This document shows positions 59,308 through 64,000 of a stretch of 64,000 nucleotides of DNA, piece by piece. The stretch's first letter is position 1. The number at the start of each line of letters is the position of its first letter. The translations under genes and the position numbers were made by a program. The stretch lies in the sequence record NC_005066.1. One strand, written 5' to 3'. Source of the DNA: Escherichia phage RB49. The notes below the pieces were generated by a model. That model was not told where the DNA came from and did not search any database. It worked only from the letters and a program-made list of their open reading frames with translations.

Positions 59308-59652
59308 TTATTTTTTCATGAGCTTAATGGCTTCTTCCATAGCCAGCACATTTCGATAGTTAGGGTATCGTGTTAGATCGTCATACATTCGCTTAAGGGT
59401 GGAAACTTCCTCAAACTCTGGGTTTTCTAGATACAGTTGAACAAATTGTTTCTCTACCATCTCTGCTTTTAGCTTGTCTGCTTGTTCCTGTTCATATGAT
59501 TTAGTTGGACCCAACACCAACAAAATGATAAAGGTGATCAACGGGCTAATGATCAACGATAGGAGAACATAACCGATAACGCTACGGTTTAAACGGCTTG
59601 CGTACATGCCTACTAGGAAAACAAAAAGGATATAGATAAACAGAAAGAACAT
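59308..59652 (-). CDS. membrane protein (two N-terminal TM helices plus cytoplasmic tail)
   Basis: hydrophobic stretches at residues about 1-20 and 27-47. Confidence 0.55.
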   Translation of the reverse strand: MFFLFIYILFVFLVGMYASRLNRSVIGYVLLSLIISPLITFIILLVLGPTKSYEQEQADKLKAEMVEKQFVQLYLENPEFEEVSTLKRMYDDLTRYPNYRNVLAMEEAIKLMKK

Positions 59653-59659
59653 ATAATGG

Positions 59660-60133
59660 TTACTCCTTATTTTCTCGCTCGTACTTTTCGAAATAAAATT
59701 CTACTGGCTGGTCATGAATTGACAGCAAGCCAAAGCGTTTAGCCGCTCGCAATCCCATATTGCGCTGAATGTACTTCTGGAAGTTCTCGCGTATACACTT
59801 ACGCCAGTATTCTAAGCCCATACAGCTTTTATAAAGATTGCATTGCACACACGCCGGATTCATGTTATCAAGTATATCATGTTCCGGTTTATGCATTCCT
59901 ACAACCTTATACTTCCACGATCCATCATCATTACGGGCAATTCGTCCATTTTCATCATAGACTACCTTTGAGCGTCGCAATACTGGTTTGATGTGGTCTG
60001 CGTGCCAGCGATCCCCTAGTTCCTCGCCACAATAGGCACAACGTCCACCATATTTCATTTTCAGGATCTGGCGTTGCTCTTTCTTTGACAATTTTTTAGG
60101 TTTAGGGGCTTTCGCCCCTTCATTATCACACAT
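59660..60133 (-). CDS. HNH endonuclease
   Basis: CAYCG ... HADHIKP ... N ... CVQCN HNH motif; start overlaps ligase stop. Confidence 0.7.
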   Translation of the reverse strand: MCDNEGAKAPKPKKLSKKEQRQILKMKYGGRCAYCGEELGDRWHADHIKPVLRRSKVVYDENGRIARNDDGSWKYKVVGMHKPEHDILDNMNPACVQCNLYKSCMGLEYWRKCIRENFQKYIQRNMGLRAAKRFGLLSIHDQPVEFYFEKYERENKE

Positions 60134-61628
60134 CGAATACCTCTTTTACTGTATTTGCAGTGGTCTTGTCGTAGCGAATACGTTTGATGATTGGGAGAAA
60201 TAAAGAGAACTCCGGTTCATCTTCTTTACGTGATTTGCTGCGGATATACCCGTTGCATGTCATCTCAATGACTTTTCCAATCAGGTTATGACGGTCAGTC
60301 CATAACATTTCTCGGTCGAGTTCATTTCGACGATCGAACGGAATTACACGTTCAGTACCATCATCACCTTTTTCGGTTGTAGTGTCGGTTAATCCCGATC
60401 CGGTGTTAGTCATCATTCGTCCGCACGCACTACGGACAGTAAAACCGCCTACCTTATTGGGGTCTTTACTATGCGGATATACATCAACAATTTCCGCGTC
60501 GAAGTCAATCACTTCTTTAAATTTAACCTGATCTTTACTACGGCGATCTTCAAATACACCATGTAAATTTTTAAGGATAATACCTTCTAAGCCCATGTTT
60601 ACATAGCGATGATATACTTCGCGAGCTTCATCTATATTGTTAACTACAGTGTTTTCGATTATCTGAACACGAGGATCGTTAAGTTCTTCAACAATCTGTT
60701 TTAGTTCTTCGAATCGATCTTTATATTGCTTCGTTGCTTTCTCATTTCCGTAATACACATCACGGTCGATAACATCCCAGACAGTATAAACAATACATTG
60801 GGCTTCTTCTTTTGGAATAGTTCCTTTAAGTGATTTGTTGAGGATACCATTTCCAGTCTGACGGTCTGCAACAACGGATTCTTTCACTGCTTCCGCTACT
60901 GGCGTTAATGGCATTTCCTCTTCTTCAAATATCCATGACAGAGTACCATCATAAACGCTCTCAACGAAGTTCTGCGCTGGTGTTTGCGAAAGGGTAGGCA
61001 TATATACCAATTCGCCATCTAGAACAATTCCACGGCCTCGTAGACGCTCTAAAACCGCAAACAAATCATCAAGCCCTTGATAGGTATTACCTGAGCGGGT
61101 ATAGATTGCTAATGTTTCCCCGTCAATATCAGCCATACCACGAGCGCCATCGCTTTTAAGTTGTGCATACGCCGGATATTTGATATTGGCAATGGTCTTA
61201 TCAGAACATGACGATGCAAGGTGGCACGGCTGCTGGGGGATCAGTTTCTTCCATACCTTGTTTGCAGTGGTAGCGGAACAACCGCATTCCAGGTCACGAT
61301 TCAGGACCATCATTGCAACTTTAGCATCATCTTCTGACAAGCAAGTCAGAGTATCGGTAACTAGCTGTAATGCTGCATTACCAGTTACTTGACGTGTTGC
61401 AAGTTTATTTTTAAAGACCTGCAATGCACCGGATAAAGACAATACAGACGAATAGCGAGACGGTTTATCGTATTTCTTTACGCCAAACGTAACCTGTTTG
61501 CAATATGCCAGATAAAAGCATTCTTTCAGCGTTTCATTGCTCGCGGATTCTTTCAGAATCTTTTCTTTCAGCGATGTTTTGTCTGTTGCTGCAAGCTGAT
61601 TAATGATATTAAGAATTGACATTTTCAC
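60126..61628 (-). CDS. 30: ATP-dependent DNA ligase gp30
   Basis: 500 aa; adenylation motif I LKSDGAR (KxDG); position between gp31 region and alt as in T4. Confidence 0.9.
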   Translation of the reverse strand: MKMSILNIINQLAATDKTSLKEKILKESASNETLKECFYLAYCKQVTFGVKKYDKPSRYSSVLSLSGALQVFKNKLATRQVTGNAALQLVTDTLTCLSEDDAKVAMMVLNRDLECGCSATTANKVWKKLIPQQPCHLASSCSDKTIANIKYPAYAQLKSDGARGMADIDGETLAIYTRSGNTYQGLDDLFAVLERLRGRGIVLDGELVYMPTLSQTPAQNFVESVYDGTLSWIFEEEEMPLTPVAEAVKESVVADRQTGNGILNKSLKGTIPKEEAQCIVYTVWDVIDRDVYYGNEKATKQYKDRFEELKQIVEELNDPRVQIIENTVVNNIDEAREVYHRYVNMGLEGIILKNLHGVFEDRRSKDQVKFKEVIDFDAEIVDVYPHSKDPNKVGGFTVRSACGRMMTNTGSGLTDTTTEKGDDGTERVIPFDRRNELDREMLWTDRHNLIGKVIEMTCNGYIRSKSRKEDEPEFSLFLPIIKRIRYDKTTANTVKEVFDV

Positions 61629-62088
61629 CTCGTTTTGTTAAACGTTCACGAATATCATTGAGGATACTACAAAATTCCGATTCAGTCAATATAGTCTTTA
61701 ACGGATCAGTTCCACCTATGCTATGACGTAATTTCTTATTTCCGGTCGCGAGTAATGCTTTACAAAATTCTGGGTTATTCCGTGCCATCGTAACAAATGC
61801 CAGATGTACCAGTCTGTAATAATGCTCACTCATTCGATGAATCGGGCGACCCTGAAAATATAACATGTGATTCTCAATCTTTTCAGTTCTTCCGGTTCTT
61901 TTTGCTTTGCCGCCGTGCATCAAAAAGATTTCTCTTTGTCTCTGAGGGTTCTTAAATCTTAGCCCCTGTAAAAATCCTTCTGTGCTGTTAATATCGCAAC
62001 CAAATAGACGGAATGGTCTTTTATTGAAATTACTCAATTCACCCGATGGATAAGGTCCACCCGCATAGATATCAATTTCAGAAGTCAT
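61609..62088 (-). CDS. NADAR (YbiA-like, DUF1768) domain protein
   Basis: GELSNF...PF...STEGFLQGLRF ... LLATGNKKL in NADAR order; 159 aa. Confidence 0.55.
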   Translation of the reverse strand: MTSEIDIYAGGPYPSGELSNFNKRPFRLFGCDINSTEGFLQGLRFKNPQRQREIFLMHGGKAKRTGRTEKIENHMLYFQGRPIHRMSEHYYRLVHLAFVTMARNNPEFCKALLATGNKKLRHSIGGTDPLKTILTESEFCSILNDIRERLTKRGENVNS

Positions 62089-62242
62089 TGAAACTAATCT
62101 CGCTAATCAGAGAGAACGGATCATAATCGTCATTAGGAATATCGATAGTAATCGAATGAGGATTTACCCATACACCAAACTGGTCTTCTTCGGTGAATAC
62201 TTCGGTATGGATTTCGTGGATGTTTACATTCATAGTTTTCAT
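62078..62242 (-). CDS. small hypothetical protein (54 aa)
   Basis: ATG at 62242; overlaps NADAR gene start by 11 nt. Confidence 0.3.
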   Translation of the reverse strand: MKTMNVNIHEIHTEVFTEEDQFGVWVNPHSITIDIPNDDYDPFSLISEISFNDF

Positions 62243-62324
62243 AATAAAATTCCTTAATAATCAATAACTTACAAAATCATATAGCCAAAATATAGGCGGG
62301 ATTATTTCCCGCCGTTTAAAATAA

Positions 62325-62648
62325 TTAACCGTAAACTACCACAATATTCTGTTTGTGCGTTACAGTCCATTTCAGGTCGATCTCTTCTTCCTTCTTAACG
62401 CCGTTAATAACGTCTGGATGAGGAACTTTATTCATCTTGCCATGTGGCAGTAAAACAGTTTTACCCAGCAATTCTTTATCTACCGTCTCGCCAATATCAA
62501 TAATCTTACCTACCAGCGGAATCTCACCCATAGTGCGCTTTTGCTCAATAATGATCCCCATAGAGCTTTTTACTTCGGTCCCTGCGCTTTCTGCTTTAGC
62601 TTCGATAATTACATAATCACCAAGTGCTTTAGGAGTTTTAACGGTCAT
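62325..62648 (-). CDS. 31: GroES-like co-chaperonin gp31
   Basis: 107 aa; GroES-like fold features (GDYVIIEAKAE, mobile loop); position as in T4. Confidence 0.8.
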   Translation of the reverse strand: MTVKTPKALGDYVIIEAKAESAGTEVKSSMGIIIEQKRTMGEIPLVGKIIDIGETVDKELLGKTVLLPHGKMNKVPHPDVINGVKKEEEIDLKWTVTHKQNIVVVYG

Positions 62649-62689
62649 AATTTTATTACCTCTTCAAATCAATACAGTTTAATGATGAA

Positions 62690-63010
62690 TTATTTATAAA
62701 TTTCGACGATCTGCGCTGGAGTCAGCCCATCTACATTAATCAGACTATCAAGCCCAAAACTACGGAAACCTTCAACTGCAATTTCATATACTGGCAAAGA
62801 TGTTTCTGATTCTTTACGCGGTTTTTCAACATTCGGAACTAACCACTTTTCGTATGTTTCAAACGGCATCAGTGCCGGATCTCGCGTGGCGATCATCTCG
62901 CGGACAGTACCATCTTTCTTAGTAAACTGCAAAGAGTGAGTACCGACCGAGAACATTTTCTTTAGTGCTTCACGAAGTGCGATATTATCAATTTGTTCAG
63001 TCATTATCAA
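62690..63010 (-). CDS. hypothetical protein (106 aa)
   Basis: ORF between gene 31 and cd; start overlaps cd stop. Confidence 0.5.
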   Translation of the reverse strand: MIMTEQIDNIALREALKKMFSVGTHSLQFTKKDGTVREMIATRDPALMPFETYEKWLVPNVEKPRKESETSLPVYEIAVEGFRSFGLDSLINVDGLTPAQIVEIYK

Positions 63011-63503
63011 TACCCTTCAAATCAGTCAATAATGCTTTTGGAATACGCGTAACCGTAATGTCGGCTTTATCCAAAATATCAGCCCAATCACGCCCACCGT
63101 TTCGGTCGTATGTATCGCAATAGTATAGATGTTTAATACCACTGTTTGCAATTGCTTTAGCGCAATCTGGACACGGTGAAGCAGTACACCACATACTAGC
63201 GCCTTCAATCGATACACCATTACGGGCAGCAAACAAAATAGCATTTAATTCAGCGTGGATCTCGTTTTTCTGTGACCATGCACTATGTTCTGGTCGTTTT
63301 TCTGGGATCATTTTACCGTCATCATCCAGCCAACCGCTTTTATGTGCATGACAGCTACAATTTACTTGCCCTGCTGGAGTGCCGTTAAATCCAGTAGAAA
63401 TGATTCGCCCGTCTTTTTCGATCAGTGCGCCTACCTTCCACGAAACACATTTAGAGTTCTTTGCGATCAGATAGGCGATCTGCATGTAAGTTTGTGACAA
63501 CAT
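62997..63503 (-). CDS. cd: dCMP deaminase
   Basis: zinc-dependent deaminase motifs HAELNAI and PCPDC; 168 aa. Confidence 0.85.
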   Translation of the reverse strand: MLSQTYMQIAYLIAKNSKCVSWKVGALIEKDGRIISTGFNGTPAGQVNCSCHAHKSGWLDDDGKMIPEKRPEHSAWSQKNEIHAELNAILFAARNGVSIEGASMWCTASPCPDCAKAIANSGIKHLYYCDTYDRNGGRDWADILDKADITVTRIPKALLTDLKGIDND

Positions 63504-63524
63504 AATATAATCCTCACATAGTAA

Positions 63525-63728
63525 TTAACCGTATACGCGAAAGTATTCTACTGATCCGTCGCTATACTGTTTTACATTGAATGTATTCACACCATGATTA
63601 TTTCTCATGATGACATATACACTGCGACGTTCATCGCTAAACGGCATAACTGGCGCTGGTTCAATATCAACACTAAAACCACGTTTAGCAAGTGCTTCGC
63701 CTAATTGCTTGAGTTTATCGGTAAACAT
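63525..63728 (-). CDS. hypothetical protein (67 aa)
   Basis: ORF; start overlaps upstream stop (TAATG). Confidence 0.45.
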   Translation of the reverse strand: MFTDKLKQLGEALAKRGFSVDIEPAPVMPFSDERRSVYVIMRNNHGVNTFNVKQYSDGSVEYFRVYG

Positions 63729-64000
63729 TAAAATTCTCCGTAGTTAACCTGAAAACATTCTACACCAATTGAGCGGTACATGTCAACCACTTGATCACGG
63801 TCATCTACCGCCAAAACAACATGATAACGCGGTGCAATTTCAGAGAAGAAGATCTCTTTCTTCACTTCATGATCAGGACGACGATCATTAGTTTCACGTT
63901 GAAAGTGATCACTAGGTTCAATACCCTGTTCACGCAACCATTGCAGAGTATCTTCTTCGCAAACATCCTCACGCCCTGAGCATGTGATGATACGATAGCC
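63728..64000 (-). CDS. partial CDS, C-terminal part of a gene continuing beyond window end
   Basis: frame open from 64000 to stop at 63728; ORF track start at 63937 is a TTG inside this frame. Confidence 0.4.
   Translation of the reverse strand, partial: GYRIITCSGREDVCEEDTLQWLREQGIEPSDHFQRETNDRRPDHEVKKEIFFSEIAPRYHVVLAVDDRDQVVDMYRSIGVECFQVNYGEF

Noticed and set aside
50722-59310. Possible CRISPR array, given regularly spaced repeats
   Set aside because: Repeat units are 75-90 bp promoter/5'UTR cassettes with sigma70 hexamers and RBS, separated by protein-coding genes of variable length; not short partially palindromic repeats with uniform spacers.

Overview
This window is a segment of a T4-like (Tevenvirinae-type) myovirus genome; all calls rest on reading the sequence and recalled family knowledge, with no database search run. 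Positions 584-32846 (+ strand) carry the late structural module in canonical T4 order: baseplate (gp53, gp5 lysozyme, gp5.4 PAAR, gp6-gp11), short tail fibre gp12, fibritin, neck gp13-gp15, terminase gp16/gp17, sheath gp18, tube gp19, portal gp20, prohead core gp67/gp68, protease gp21, scaffold gp22, major capsid gp23 and vertex gp24, with TATAAATA late promoters and hairpin terminators. Positions 32847-47000 hold a DprA-like gene, hoc, an Inh-like gene, uvsW/uvsW.1, uvsY and baseplate hub/tail genes gp25, gp26, gp51, gp27, gp28, gp29, gp48 and gp54. Positions 47007-64000 (- strand) are an early region: a lipoprotein, two ADP-ribosyltransferase genes (alt plus a shorter paralog), a roughly 9 kb hyperplastic stretch of small genes, an HNH endonuclease, DNA ligase, a NADAR-like gene, gp31 (GroES-like) and dCMP deaminase. 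The most unusual content is that hyperplastic stretch (50.5-59.7 kb): at least 13 copies of one sigma70-type promoter/5'UTR cassette each drive a small gene, including a six-member paralog family with an HxHW...VLAVDV motif and an operon encoding a DUF262-like protein, a zinc-ribbon protein and a TRD-less C5-methyltransferase-like protein. A second island, between gp8 and gp9, carries its own promoter, two small ORFs, an NPPF-motif methyltransferase and a terminator. Coordinates of CDSs come from the supplied ORF track; small ORFs, promoters, hairpins and repeats were placed by hand and may be off by 1-2 nt.
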